From contig NC_069005.1 of NCBI RefSeq assembly GCF_001194135.2, forward strand, positions 15,418,654 to 15,482,653: a stretch of 64,000 nucleotides of DNA, given 5' to 3'. A program made the translations under genes and the position numbers. Source of the DNA: Octopus bimaculoides (taxonomy: Eukaryota). Of this stretch, positions 11,337-25,500 are shown in pieces; the first letter of the stretch is position 1, and each line of letters starts with the position of its first letter. The notes beneath the pieces were generated by a model. That model had not been told where the DNA came from, ran no database searches, and saw only the letters and a program-made list of their open reading frames with translations.

Positions 11337-13531
11337 TGGAGCACCACCTTTAGTCGAGGAAATCGACCCCAGGACTTATTCTTTGTAAGCTTAGTACTTA
11401 TTCTATCGGTCTCTTTATGCCGAACCACTAAGTTACGGGGACGTAAACACACTAGCATCTGTTGTCAAGCGATGGTGGGGGGACAAACACAGACACACAA
11501 ACACACATACATATATATATATATATATACATATATACGACGGGCTTCTTTCAGTTTCCGTCTACCAAATCCACTCACAAGGCTTTGGTCGGCCCGAGGC
11601 TATAGTAGAAGACACTTGCCCAAAGTGCCACACAGTGGGACTGAACCCGGAACCATGTGGTTGGTAAGCAAGTTACTTACCACACAGCCACTCCTGCACC
11701 TGTAAGTTTACTATTAATTCTGTGAAATATTTATGGGTCCTGCTAGTTATATAACTATTAATGAATCCTCTACTGCAACAATTCATATTGTTTGTGAACC
11801 TATTCTAGAGTATCAGTTGATATCTCAATTTGAATGACTTTTCATAATCAGTCTGTATTGCCAACAATTGTCTATTATTGACACAATAAACAATTGTCTA
11901 TTATTGACACAATAAACAACATGGCAGCCATGCTTGCCAGCAGTATTATAAAACTTAAGGGGACATTTAGATGTCATATTAACAGGTTGAGCAGCTTTTT
12001 CTTTCCATTTTCTTTTTTTATTTTTGGTGAAAAATAATTAAAACAAAACAAGAATTTTTAATTCACTACCCTTCATGATAACAATGGTGGCAAAGTGGGA
12101 GATGTGGTTGGCAGCCTTATTAGAACATGTGGTGGTCGTTTAGCTATGGCTATTTACATACAGAGTGAAGGTATATGGTCTAGTAGTTAGAGTGTTGGGT
12201 TCAACATTGGAAGATTGCAGGTTCAATTCCAGTACTGGATGTATGTCTCGTCATCGGACAAAATACTTCCTTCTATGTTGTTCCAGTTTATTGAACTGAA
12301 AATGAGTACCAGCAGCAGCTGAGGGAGATTAACTTTGCAATGGCCCAACGTCTCATTTGAGGTGAGGGTGGGATGAGTCTTGTACCCTCAGTCACTTCAC
12401 CCTTGAGCATTCAGATTATTCTATCAAATGTAATCCTTATTTATTCACACTGTTTTGAATTAATCATGCATTATCTTGTAACTACAAGATTTTGATGATG
12501 TGATTCTTTATTTTTAGAATGACATTGTAGGACAGGTGAGAGAGGCTAGATCTGGCTGATTTGATCATAAAACCAGAAGAGAAAAGGGAGATATTGAATG
12601 ACAAGAGAGAAAAGCATGACAAAATGAATCTCATCCTCCACCAACATTACCATGCAGTCAATGCCATCAACTCTTCTGGACAAGAATTGGTCTCCAGAGT
12701 CACCATCACCATAAAGGAAGTATTCAGCAAAGAAGAAACTAAATTCTTGGATCTGAGATAAAGCCACTGCTGCTGCTGCTGCCCATCACAATGCAGCCAC
12801 AATATTTGGGCCAGATATGGTCAGTTTAAATGCTAAGGGGTTTAACATCAAGGAAAGCAGAATAAAGTCCAGCCTAGTACACCTGTAGGCTTTACACTAT
12901 CTTCAACTAGTTTCTTTTTTTAATTTTATATTTTCATCATTTAATGCCAAAGTTCCATGAGTTGGATCTTTATTTCAAAGGTACATCCTGGTCACATTCT
13001 GTGTCATGCTAAATTTCCCTGAGAACCACATTAAGGGTATACGTGTCTGTGGAGTGCTCAGCCGCTTGCATGTTAATTTCACAAGCAGGTTGATTGGAAC
13101 CCTCTTTGTTGTAACCATTGGAGTGTCAGTATACTGCATAGTCAGGAGAGTAGGCAATACCCATGACCCTTTACAGTGCTTTTGAGATAGGAGGCAGAAA
13201 AGGAGGCTGGTACTCTCAAACTAAAGACCTGGGCCAAATGATTGCACCAGAACAGACTCCACTAAAGGCACTGAAGGAGTCAGGTAATAGATTAAGTCTA
13301 CAACCCAAGTAGGACATGGTGGGATTTGAACTCAGAATGCAAATACCACAAGGCATTTGGTCTGATGTGTTTGCATATCCAACAATCCACAGCACTAGTC
13401 TGATACCTTTTTTCATGAACCCCTGAAAGGATGACAGGCAAAGTAGACCTCAACAGGATTTGAACTCCAAGTGCAGAGCACCAGAACAAATATTGTCAGG
13501 TATTCTATCTGATGTACTACTTTAAAAAAGT

Positions 13532-13570
<39 letters not shown>

Positions 13571-13718
13571 GCTACTATTTCTGGCAGACTGAGCAACTGG
13601 GTTCAGTCCCACAACATGGCACTTTGGGCAAGTGTCTTCCACCAAAGCCTTGGGCCAACCAAAACCTCATGAGTGGATTTGGCAGACAGAAACTGAAAGA
13701 AGCCCGTCATGTGTGTGT

Positions 13719-13762
<44 letters not shown>

Positions 13763-15130
13763 ATGTCTTTGTGATTGCGTTTGTCCTCCATTACTGTTTG
13801 ACAATGGGTGTTGGTTTGTTTACATCCCTGTAACCTAGCGGTTTGGTGAAGGAGGCCAATAGAATGAGTACCAGGCTTTAAAGAAAATAAGTACTGGGTT
13901 GATTCATTTGACTAAAAATTCTCCAAGACGGTGCCCCAGCATGGCCACAGTCTAATGACTGAAACAAGTATAAGATAAAAGATACAACCACATCTAATAC
14001 AGAGCACTAGACCACACATTTGGTGTGGGGGAAGTATAACCAATTAAATAAATCAGTAGTTCTTGGCTGGTAATTTATTTCACTGACCCCAAAAGGATGA
14101 AAGGCAAAGCTGATCCAGGCAAGATTTGAATTTAGAACACAAAGGGTCCGATCTAGGCATTTTGCTTTATGTTCCAATGATTCTGCCTAATAGTAATAAT
14201 GATGATAAAGCAAGCTGGCAGAATCATTAGCACATCAGACAAAATACTTATTGGTATTTCTTCCAGCTCTTTATGTTCTGAGTTCAAATTCTGACAAGGC
14301 TGAATTTGCCTTCTATCTTTACAAGGTTGATAAAATAATGACCAATTGAGCATAGAGGTCAATGTAATTCAACTAGCTCCTGTTCCAAAAAGTTTGGGCC
14401 TTGTGCCAATAGTGGAAAGAATATGTAATTATGACAATACAAATAGCACCCCCAGTTATGGAATGATGATGGGAATATCATAAGAGAGATACTGTCTCTC
14501 ATGTCAGCTAGCAGTACCTCGCTGTCTGGATTCTGTGGCTGAAAAGGAGATAACCACAATCTGGACAGGTAGTGCTGTGGCCTGATTCAGTGTATTTAAA
14601 CACATTTGACTACTGACTTTCTTATGGGTCAAATATGTCTCAAGCATATTTGAAATGGTAATAAGTTTGTATTTATACAAACTTAGTGCTGTTACCCTGT
14701 ATTTTATTTACAGTGAACTGCCATTTAATGCCACCAGTCATTGAACGATGACGGGAATATCATAAGAAAGATAGTGTTTCTCATGTCAGCTCACAGCACC
14801 GCCTTGTTTGGTTTCTGTGGCTGAAGGGGAGATAACTACTCCAAAATGCAATGCCTGGACAGGTGGCATTGTGGGCTGATTTGTGTAGAGCAAGAAATTT
14901 TCTCCTAGACAAAACACAGTGAATGGCTTTCTTACATCATCATTGTTTAATGTCTGTTTTCCATACTGGCATGGGTTGGATGGTTTGACAGGAGTTGACC
15001 AGCCGGGGAGCTGGCCAGACTCCAATTGTCTGTTTTGGCATGGTTTCTATGGTTGGATGCCCTTCCTAATACCAACCACATTTCAGAGAATGTGTTGTGG
15101 GCTTTTTATGTACTACCGTCAGGGGTGTGT

Positions 15131-15410
15131 TTATGTGGCACTGGCACAAATGCATTGTACATGGCACTGATATGAATGCATTTCATGTGTTACTGGTATG
15201 AATGCATTTCACATGGCACTAGCATAAGTGCATTTTACGTGGCATCGGTACAAGTGCATTTTATGTGGCATCAGCATGAGTGCATATCATTTGCCATCTC
15301 ATGTGGCATTGACAAAAGTGCATTTCATGTGCCACCAGTACAAGTGCATTTTACATGGGACTGACATGAATGGCACCAGCACGAGTGCATTTTATGTGGA
15401 ACCAGCACCT
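15131..15410. repeat. Minisatellite, unit about 26 bp (TGCATTTYAYGTGGCACYAGYAYRAG), about 10 copies
   Basis: Read directly. Grows out of the atgtggcac motif of the adjacent RTE-tail repeat. Confidence 0.8.
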
Positions 15411-16117
15411 GCAAAGGACAAGCCTTCACGTATGGCTGACCATACTTCAAGCATATTTGAAGTGGTAACAAGTTTGTATTTAAACACATCACTATTTAGC
15501 ATTGTCACCCCATAAAATTATGACAAATTTAAAAATGAAAGCAGCTGTGTGTGTGTATGTGCATGCATGCATGCGTGTCCCCTATGCTGTGCCTTTGATT
15601 TGCTATTCATTTGTAGCTACATAATGCAAAAATTCTCATTAGTGAATTCAGATATAAAACTAAAGAAGACACACGAACACACAGTACGATGATATAATAA
15701 TGATGGTGGTGATGGTAATAGTGTTGGCTGTGATAATGGTGGCACAGAAGGCATGGTGGCGGTGATGGTGGTGGTGGTGGTGGTGGGGTGTTTCAAATTT
15801 CATTCTAACAGATGGTTGTCTTCCATAGTATTGATTATCAACAATCAATAAAGCTAATTAATTACATCAACTGTAAGGCTGATCAACCAACCTAGTCTAC
15901 TTTTATTTTTTTACTTTATTTATTTCCTTTTTTATATACACAAGAACTTGTTACACATCAGACACCAATGCCAAAAGCAGTAAAATTAGAGTAGTAGAGG
16001 TTGTTGTTGTTGTTGCTGCTGTTGTCTTACAAATTTATTTGAGAAATAATATTAAAAACAAAAAACAAACAACCAAAGTAAATCTTGTTGAAGTCAAGGA
16101 CTTGATAAGGTTTTCTC

Positions 16118-16154
<37 letters not shown>

Positions 16155-16272
16155 TATACATATTCATATACATACATACATCTTTATAGACATACATATA
16201 TGCACATACATACACACACACATATATAAATAAATATACATACATATACACACACACACACATATAATCTAC

Positions 16273-16308
<36 letters not shown>

Positions 16309-16951
16309 ACAGACATATATACACAAATGCATGTAAGTGCCTGTGCATATACATGAGGAGGGAGAATAAGAGAGGAAGAGATGGAGGAAATACTCCTTCC
16401 TGGAAAGGAAATTGAAACATATACAAGGAAAATCTTGTTAAATTTCAATAAAAGACAATGCCAGAAAAATAGTAACAACAAAGCAAAAGAGGAAATAAAA
16501 GGAAGGTGGGGGTGAGGGGGGAATGGGTACAAAAACTAAAATAGATATAATATAATCAGTCCAGTAAGTAGTTTGTATTTAAAGTACGTGTGCATGCCCA
16601 GGGTGTCCGAGTGCATTTGTTTATTAAAGAACAGAGAGAACAAATCTATTGTTATATGTCTGTTGAGAATGTTGGATTGGTAGAACCAATAGGGGACTGG
16701 AGAAAATGTTTTGTTCTGTGTTTTCATTCTTTACATTCTGAGTTCAAATCCTATATTGGCCACTGGTCAACTTTGTCTTTCATCCTTCATGGGTCCATAG
16801 ATTAAAACACCAGTCCAGGTGAGTGGATTAGTAGAGTTCTGAGTGTTGGACCAAACAATGCCTTGTGGTATTTGTTTTGGCTCTTTACATTATGAGTTTG
16901 AATCCCAATGAGGTCAACTTTGCCTTTCATCTCTTTAGGGTCAATAAAGTA

Positions 16952-17092
16952 GAAGAGTCTTGTATAGGAAAGTCTTAATTGGGGGAGTCATGTATGGGGA
17001 AGTCTTGTATGTATGAGTCCTCTACGGAGGAGTCTTGTATGTGAGAGATTTGTATGGGAGGAATCTTGTATGGGAAGAGTCTTGTACAGAGG
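16952..17092. repeat. Degenerate minisatellite, unit about 16 bp (gagtcttgtatggga)
   Basis: About 8 degenerate copies read directly. Confidence 0.75.
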
Positions 17093-17636
17093 TGTTTAGT
17101 GTAAATACTATGAAAACTCAAAGAATGCCAGCCTGATAAACCCAAAACTTCAAGGCAGACATTTTACACACATTTATTTCCTTTTTCAAGCCTGGTAATA
17201 ATTCTAACAGTCTCTTTTGCTGAACTGCTAAGTTCTGGGCCTGTGAAGATATGAACACCAGTTGTCAAGACACACAAAGAGACATGCACACATACACACA
17301 TTAGGGGAAAGACCTTGAATAAAGTTGCATAGTCTAATAACCAGTTGAAAGTAACTGGATGCAAATGCAATTTTGAGATAGCTATGCAGCAGAACCATGA
17401 GTTGGACACATTTAAATCAAATATGCTGTACAAAAAATATGCAGATGTACTAATCTTTGTATTCATAGTTAATTGTCCTGGTTTATACACTTAGTAAAAT
17501 ATTTATAATCTAGTGAAGTGGACCCAGGATTTACTCATCGGATGAGTTGCTTCTACTAAATATTAATAAAAATATACATATACTCATATTTCGAGTTCTA
17601 GTTTTCCTGTTTGCATCAACATACCTATATATATAG

Positions 17637-17692
<56 letters not shown>

Positions 17693-17985
17693 CTACAATG
17701 GGCTTCTTTCAGCTCTCTATCTATGAAATCCACTCACAAGGTTTTGGTCAACCTGAGGCTATAGCAGCAGAGTGTTTTAATGTATATTTAGCTTGGGATT
17801 AAAGGTAATGAGTGGGTGACTTGATTCAGGCCTGACCTATACAATAAATAATTTGATCTAAGTACTGCAACTTTTCACATTCACTGTTCATAAAATATAC
17901 AGAATCACTACAGTTAGTCAATAAAAATCTAATATGGATGAATATTTTAATAGTTGAAACAGACCAAAATAATGAGTAGAGTTAC

Positions 17986-18111
17986 CTGTTTCTTTATCAA
18001 AATTAGAATAATTTGAGAGCCCCAAAAGCTTTGAATGAGAATCTTCATCTACTTCTTCAATATCTCCAAGATCAATCACTGAGTCAAGGTTTGAAAACGG
18101 TACTTTATCAT
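17986..18111 (-). CDS. RIMBP2: RIMBP acidic linker exon (DDKVPFSNLDSVIDLGDIEEVDEDSHSKLLGLSNYSNFDKET)
   Basis: Acceptor ttctatttccag, 126 nt, donor CAG|gtaact, phase 1-1. In frame with the exons on both sides. Confidence 0.85.
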
Positions 18112-19253
18112 CTGGAAATAGAACTAAGAACGAAAACAAAAAAATATTTTTAAATCTGAACACATACATAAATGTATATAGATATATATATATATTCTTT
18201 TATTCGTTTCAGTCATTTCACAGCGGCCATGCTGGAGCACTGCCTTTAGTTGAACAAATCGACAGGACTTATTCTTTGTAAGCCTAGTACTTATTCTATC
18301 AGTCTCTTTTTGCCAAACTGCTAAGTTACGGGGGATGTAAATACACCAGCATTGGTTGTCAAGCGATGTTTGGGGGACAAACACAGGCACACACATATAT
18401 ATATGACAGGCTTCTTTTCTACCAAATCCACTCACAAGGTTTTAGTTGACCTGAGGCTATAGCAGAAGCCACCTGCTCAAGGTGTCATGCAGTGGGACTG
18501 AACCCAGAACCATGTGGTTGGTAAGCAAGCTATTTACCACACTACACACATACATATATAGTCATACACAAATATGTATACATATGTATTTATACATATA
18601 TGTGCTTATACATATACATCTATATGTGTGTGTGTGTGCATGGGCATGTTTTTGTTTGAGTGCAAGGAAATAAATAATTTTGTGGAGAAAATAAGATTAT
18701 GTGATGTCTGAACATAAATTTTTATATCAAATTTAATAAGTAAAAATAATTATAGGAATGTAAGATGGAGTTAACCCCTTAAAGCAGGTTAAACAATGTA
18801 ACTTGGTGATTTTTCAAGTGGGACACTGTGGCCCACAGATCTTGTGGGTCAAGGATTCGGAGAGAAATTTTTGCATGTAGGAACATGACCAAGGGAGGAT
18901 TTTTCAAATTCAAAAATGCTGCAAATTTAAATTAAAAAAACGTTTTTTTTTAAATTTCAGGGAGTGAGAGGAGTTGTCATCAGATACACACAGGCCTCTA
19001 ATTGGGTCACCTTGTCCCTGGATCAATGAATTAGCTGAATCATGCTCTTATAGACCAGCTAATGACAATGGTTATGGGGAGCAAATACACTTGCTCCCAT
19101 TCCTGCTTAGAGTATGGCTAAGTGGTTAGGGGTTTTTGGCTCATGGTTGTGAGTTCAATTCCCAGTGATATGTTGTGTCCTTGAGCAAGACACTTTATTT
19201 CACATTTTTTACACTTTTACATATCCTGTAGTCTAGTTGACCATTGGGGTACC

Positions 19254-20508
19254 ACCGATGACTTTGCAATCAAGGTGAAGGTTAGCAATGAGTATTACAA
19301 GGAATTCAGGGTATATCAGTTCTAAGCCCCCTCTTGTTCATCATAATTCACCAGGCAATAACAGAGGAATTTAAGATGGGCTGCCCCTGGGAGCTCCTCT
19401 ATATTGATGACTTTGTTCTTATAACCGAATCACGATCCGAAGTAGAGAAGAAATTTCAGGTGTGGAGGCAAGGCCTAGAGTCAAAGGGCCTTAGAGTTAA
19501 TCTAACAAAAATAGAAGTCTTAGTAATTAGGAAAGCAGACAAATCACAAATCCCTTCAGGTAGATGACCCTGCTTAATCTGTAGGAAAGGCATTGGTAGA
19601 GACTCTATAAGATGTACCTGGAGTAAGCTATGGCCACATGAAAGGAGCAGCAATATCAGAGGAAGGTTAACTGGGAAAATAACTTTTGTGTGTGGAAGGT
19701 GCACAGGTACAATAAACACCAAAAATGAACAGAAAATAGACTCCATTAACTGCCAGTGGGGTAAGCTAGAGTAGTAGATAGCTTCCGTTATCTAGGTGAC
19801 CAAGTTAGTAGCAGAGGTAGATGCTCCAAGAGTGTAGGCTTGAAAGAAATGAAGCTAGTATGCTTCACTGGATGTGTAATGTCAGTGTGCATGTATGACA
19901 GAGTGTAAGCATCTTGAGAGAAAAGTTGGGTATAAGATGTGGTGTGCAAGAGAGACAACTGCACTGGTATGGTCATATGATGTGTATGGACGAGTACAGC
20001 TGTGCAATGAAGTGCCAATCTCTAACTGTGAAGGGAACCTGTGGTAGAGGTAGACCCAGGAAGACATAGGACGAAGTGGTGAAGCATGATCTTTGGACTT
20101 TGGGTCTCACAGAGGCAATGACTAGTGACTGAGACCTTTGGTGATATGCTGTGCTTGAGAAAACCCGTCAAGCCAAGTGAAATCATAGTCATGACCAATA
20201 CTGGTGTCATGTAAAAAGCACCTTTTAAAGAGTTGGGCCTCACAGAGTCAATGACAAATGACAAAGACCTTTGGCATTATACCATGTTTGAGAAGAAGGC
20301 CCAAGAGAAATCATAGTCATGGCAGATACTGGTGCTATGCAAATGGCACCCATTACACTCTTGGAGTGGTTGGCATTAGGAAGGGCATCCAGCCAAAGAA
20401 ACCATGTCAAATCAGATGAAAGTCTGGTACAGCCTTCCAGCCCTGGTCAAACCGTCCAACCCATTCCAGTATGGAAACACAGACATTGAATAATGATGAT
20501 GATGGTGA
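19254..20508 (+). mobile_element. RTE-clade LINE 3' fragment (RT end, Cys-rich insert, 3' UTR, (GAT)n tail)
   Basis: SPLLFII...GCPWELLYIDD, GLRVNLTK, FVCGRC, FRYLGD, RGRPRKT. Many stops and a deletion. Confidence 0.9.
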
Positions 20509-21107
20509 TCCCTCCACCCATCTCTGTCTTCTGCCTCTCGTACTGTGTCTCTCATCTTTAGGCCTGTCCACTCACACATGTTGTTTTCCCACCTCTTTCT
20601 CTGCCTCTGCGTCTGCTACTTTCGACTGTTCCCTGAAGGATTATTTTGGCTCAGTCCAACTAGGTTTACAAAAATGAGTAATACCTGTAATTCAAAGGGT
20701 CAGCAATGTTACATTCTGTATCATGCAGGATCTCCCTAAGAACTATGTTAAGGGTACAAATGTCACGAGCAGGCTGTTCCATTGATTGGATCAACTGAAA
20801 CCTTGTCATCACAACTGACAGAATGGCAGTTAGAGTGTAGGCATAAATAGATAATAATGACTTGGAGGCGAAAAAAATAAACTCTCATAGACACTACAGT
20901 ATTAAACTTTAAGAATAAAGTGGGAGTAAGTGTACAGAAGTATATATAAAGTTATTAGTGTCATATATACATCTACAAACATAACTCCATGAATAATCAT
21001 ATAGACATGTATAGATACTGAAGTGTCACAGATACACTTAGAAAAATACATGCATGAATAAACAAATAGAGACACAGATATAAAAACTTCATGCTGTTTA
21101 AATCTTC

Positions 21108-21780
21108 ATTAAAATAAACCTATTTTGATGTATTTTGGAAGGGTCATTATGCCAATAACAAACACACACATGCACCAATAGTATTTCACTTCTTTACTAT
21201 TTATTTGTCAGTTGGTTAAGTATCTAACCAATTAACTAATAAATTGTTTGATTGGCTAATTTCTTGGTTAATCAATTGATCAGTTTGGTTTGTCAAAGTC
21301 CTTTCATCACCATTTGCAATGAAATTATCAATTCAATGATTGAAGAAAAGACCCTCTATGTAGCTGCTTACTGTGTTAAAAATGGCAGCCAAATCTCCCT
21401 CCAAATGCACATTACCATTGGAAAAGTAGAAAGATTACATTAAACAGTGATTAAAATAAACTTTTTATACTTTGATGTATCTTCGGAGGGTTATTATGCC
21501 AACAATAAACACACACTGGTTCAATTTCACTTCTTTATTATTTATTTGTCAATTGGTCAACTGTTTAACCAATTAACTAATAAATTGATTGGTTAATTGT
21601 TTGGTTAATCAATTAATCAATTTGGTTTGTCAAAGTCCTTTCATCACTATTTGCAATGAAATGATTATTTCAGTGATTGGAGACATTCTATGTAACAGCT
21701 CACTGTGTTGAAAATGGCAACCAAATCTCCCTTTAATTGCACTCAAGCATTGCAAAAGCAGAAAGAGTACATTGAACAAT
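21108..21780. repeat. Diverged tandem duplication, unit about 340 bp
   Basis: Two colinear copies starting at about 21108 and 21450. Confidence 0.85.
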
Positions 21781-22010
21781 GCAAGTATAGATACAATATA
21801 TCAAAAACTAAGATGTGATGGTCACAGAGGGAATGGTTTTTATCGCAGGTTTGCTTGATCAAATGCTGATCTTAGACTAACCACCATCACCACCACCACC
21901 ACCACCACCACCACAACCACCGCCACCGCCGTTAGTTTTGTTACATTTTGAAAAATAAAAATCTATTTTATGGTTTATTATTGTTTATATTTTGAATTAC
22001 ATTATATATA

Positions 22011-23242
22011 CAGGGGTTGGACAAAATAATGGAAATACATAGTATCATAATTTTGAAATATCTATAAAACCATCAAAAGCTTGTTTATTTTTATGCTTTT
22101 TGATTTATTATTAATGTTGCTTAATATGTTTTGCTAAAATTGCTGTTTCTTTTCAGATATCATCAAAAAAAGGTAATTAAAATTCATTAAAATGACAGAT
22201 TTATTGGACTTTCGAAGTGGTCAAATTGTTGGTGCTCGTATGGCAGGTGCTAGCATAATGAAAACAGCTGAAATGTTTGGTGTTTCAAGAAGTACTGTCT
22301 CAAAAGTAATGACAGCCTTTGAGAAAGAGGGAAAAACCTCCTTGTCAAAACAAAACTCTGGAAGAAAAGCAACACTTTCAGATAGGGACTGTCGGACTCT
22401 TACGCCAATTGTTAGAAAGGATCACAAAAGTACAGCTCCCAAAATTACTGTAGAGCTTAATGACCACCTCAAGAACCCAGTTTCCACAAAAACTGTTTGC
22501 TGGGAGCTGCACAAAGCCAGATTTCATGGGAGGGCTGCAATCAGAAAACCACTACTTTCAAAAATAAATGTTGCAAAGCGTTTAGAGTGGAGTAAAAACC
22601 TACAGAATTGGTCCCTAGAGCTGTGGAAGAATGTTATTTTCTTGAACGAGTCATCCTTTACCTCATTTCCAACCACTGGCCAATGTGGAGATTGCCTTCT
22701 TCCAACTGTTAAACATGGAGGAGGATCTGTGACAATCTGTGGGGCTATATCTTGGAAATCTGCTGGCCCAATGGTTTCCCTTCATGGCAGAATTAATAGT
22801 CAAGACTATTTAAGCATTTTATCTGATCAAATTCATCCTAAGGTTGCGGAACTGTTTCTGGAGTGAAACACAATTTTTCAGGATGATAATGCACCAATTC
22901 ACACAGCTAAAGTTGTTACTGAATGGTATGAGGAACATTCTAGTGAAGTTGAACATCTTATCTAACCACCACAGACCCCAGATCTCAATATTATCGAACA
23001 TTTATGGAGAATTTTAGAAAAACAAATAAGGAGTTGAGATCCTCCACCATCATCACTACAAGAACTGGAGACTGTTTTAGCTGAAGAATGGACAAAAATT
23101 CCTTTGGAAACAATTAAAACTTTGTACGAGTCCATACCTCATAGAATTCAAGCTGTAATTACTGCCAAAGGTCGTCCTACCCCATATTAAAATAAATTTG
23201 TTTGAAATTTTGAGGTGTTTCCATTATTTAGTCCAACCCCTG
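22011..23242 (+). mobile_element. Full-length non-functional Tc1-family DNA transposon
   Basis: TIRs caggggttggac(a/t)aaataatggaaa at both ends and TA flanks. Transposase frame 22192-23190 carries HTH, TVKHGGGSV, FQDDNAPIH and PDLNIIE (DD34E) motifs. Confidence 0.96.
22192..23190 (+). pseudogene. Tc1 transposase pseudogene
   Basis: 224-aa ORF ends at a premature TGA. The same frame continues through further stops to ...AKGRPTPY*. The first catalytic Asp appears as Asn (IFLNES), and there is an internal deletion after FPTTG. Confidence 0.92.
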
Positions 23243-25100
23243 TATATGGGAGCACCAAAATCTTTTAAGTGTTTTGAGCTTCAATGGGTCTTAATCTGGA
23301 TTTGTGGTTAATAATGATGGTATGATCTGAGATGATTAAATAGATGATTAATGAGCACTGAACAAACAGCACTGAGGTAATTGATCAAGTGTTTGGGAAT
23401 TAACTGGAACATCTAAAAGATATGAAATATAGGTTTGAATTTATTGTTCTGACAACAAACCATTTGACTTTTATTAAAGTCAGCAATAACCTGACATCAC
23501 AGTTAAAGAAGATTGGCTGTAGGTGGTATTTAGTTATGGATTATATTAAGATAAGGAAATGTGTTAGAGTTTACACTCATCTCATCGGACAATGGTGGTG
23601 GTGATGGTGTTTATGGGTAGTTCTAGTAAGCTTTGCTAATGCATCAAAGTTTGTTAAGCATGTTCAGCTGGTAAGAAATTCTCAAGACAGCTGATCAGTG
23701 AAAGGTCTTCAGAGAAGAACTCCCCCACCGCCATCTCAGGCAGATGTTTCGGCCCTTAACTTCTTACATTCTAAGGAGGCTAGACCACATCTAGGTCATG
23801 ACTCCTGGGTGTCCTGCTGACACTTTTTAGCCACTTATTGGAGACTTGGTCATTTAAACTGCCCGGAGATTTCATCTAGTTGTAACTGCTATCTGTTGAT
23901 TCAGTTTTCAAACTTACACTTAACGAAGAAATAACTTTGGTTGTCATGGTAGCAGTGCAACATTAATGCTATCACAATGACTTACTCAGAGTTACTTCCC
24001 TTAATATTAAAATACAAAAATATTCTTTTCTACTCAAGGCACAAAGCCTGAAAGTTTTGGGGAGGGGGCCAGTCGATTAGATTGACCCCAGTATGCAACT
24101 GGTACTTAATTTATCGACTCTGAAAGGATGAAAGGCAAAGTCGACCTTGACAAGATTTGAACTCAGAACTTAAAGACAGATGAAATATTGCTAAGCATTT
24201 CGTCTGGCATGCTAACATTTCTGCCAGCTCGTTGCCTTAAAATACAAAAATATTGTCTTCATATAGTATGGAGGTGGTTTTGGTTCCTCCTTGACCACAT
24301 CCAGATATTTTAGATACAGGAATGTTACTTTTATTTCAGATAACTTGTCCTAGAATTCAAGCTGACTAAAATGTCTTCTTCCTCACAAAAATATGGAATG
24401 AAATTGGTCAACAATATTTTGGTATTAGTGGAAGAAATTCTTTTAATGACATTATGGTTAATGCCTTGAAATGAAACACACTATTTCTCCTTGAGTTATA
24501 ATTCAGAAGATAAGATCATGATATACTTCCAAGATCAAGTATAACCCCAATAGTCAAACAAAAAATATATTTCTAAAATTACTTGTCCCCTTCAGCTGCT
24601 CTCTTCCTGGATCTGCTTCGGGATCCTGAGATGCAGATCCTTTGTGCTCCCACCCAACATCTCCCAGAAAAATTTGCAAGCTGTAGGTGGAGACTGCAAT
24701 ATATTTTTTGACTGGATTCTTTATCTAAGATGCAAGCATTTCCCTTGTTAACCCATTGGACAGACAATGCAGCATGTTTATTCTTTCAAACTCCTTTCAT
24801 ATTGCAGTTTTTGGTGGTCCTATTTGTGCCTGGCATCAAGCTGGTATTTACATTTGACTTGTGACTTGAAAAGCCTAATGATGACTTTCTCCGATAGGAC
24901 TCTATGGAGAGGGTGCTTGTGGGTTCTACTCCTTAGGGAATAGTGGGTAGAGAAGATGCATGGATGGACTTGTCACTTTTTCTGGTATGAATTAGAGATA
25001 TAACAAAAACAATTAATTTTCTAAATCAACCATGAATTCTACACTAGTAGCAGACCAACAAAATATATACATTTCTTAATCTGATGCCAGCATAGTCTGC

Positions 25101-25500
25101 TTTTGGCTCAAAGTATATCAATATTGGTATTGTGATAAATTCCCTGCAGCACCGTCATAAAATATAAAGTAGCTGTCAAGACAAGAAAACATCAGAGTAT
25201 TTGCAAAGCTACAAAAATTACTATTTATTTTTTACTTTGATGTCATCTTAGTCGGCCTCTGGCTTGAAGTATAACAATGTTGGTATTGTGGTAAATTCCT
25301 TGAGCACTGTCATGAAATATAAAGTGGTTGTCAAGACAAGAGTTCATCAGAGTGTTAGCAAAACTACAAATCGTACATTTTTTTTTTTACTCTGATGTCA
25401 TCTTAGTTTGCCTTTGTGTCAATGTACAATGATATTGGCATTGCAGTAAATTCCTGGAATGTGAAGCAGCAGTCAAGAGAAGAGGCTTTCAGAGTATCTA
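25101..25500. repeat. Diverged tandem repeat, unit about 155 bp, 2.5 copies
   Basis: ttggtattgtg.taaattcc...gtcaagacaaga...catcagagt recurs. Confidence 0.8.

Noticed and set aside
15131-15410. Regular repeat array considered as CRISPR-like
   Set aside because: Contiguous degenerate units with no unique spacers, in a eukaryotic intron.
23986-23999. 14-nt AG...GTAAGT mini-exon
   Set aside because: Not frame-preserving and has a weak acceptor.
24560-24981. GC-richer exon-like block with acceptor ttcataccag at 24982
   Set aside because: Stops in all three frames and no donor; more likely a decayed retroelement ORF.
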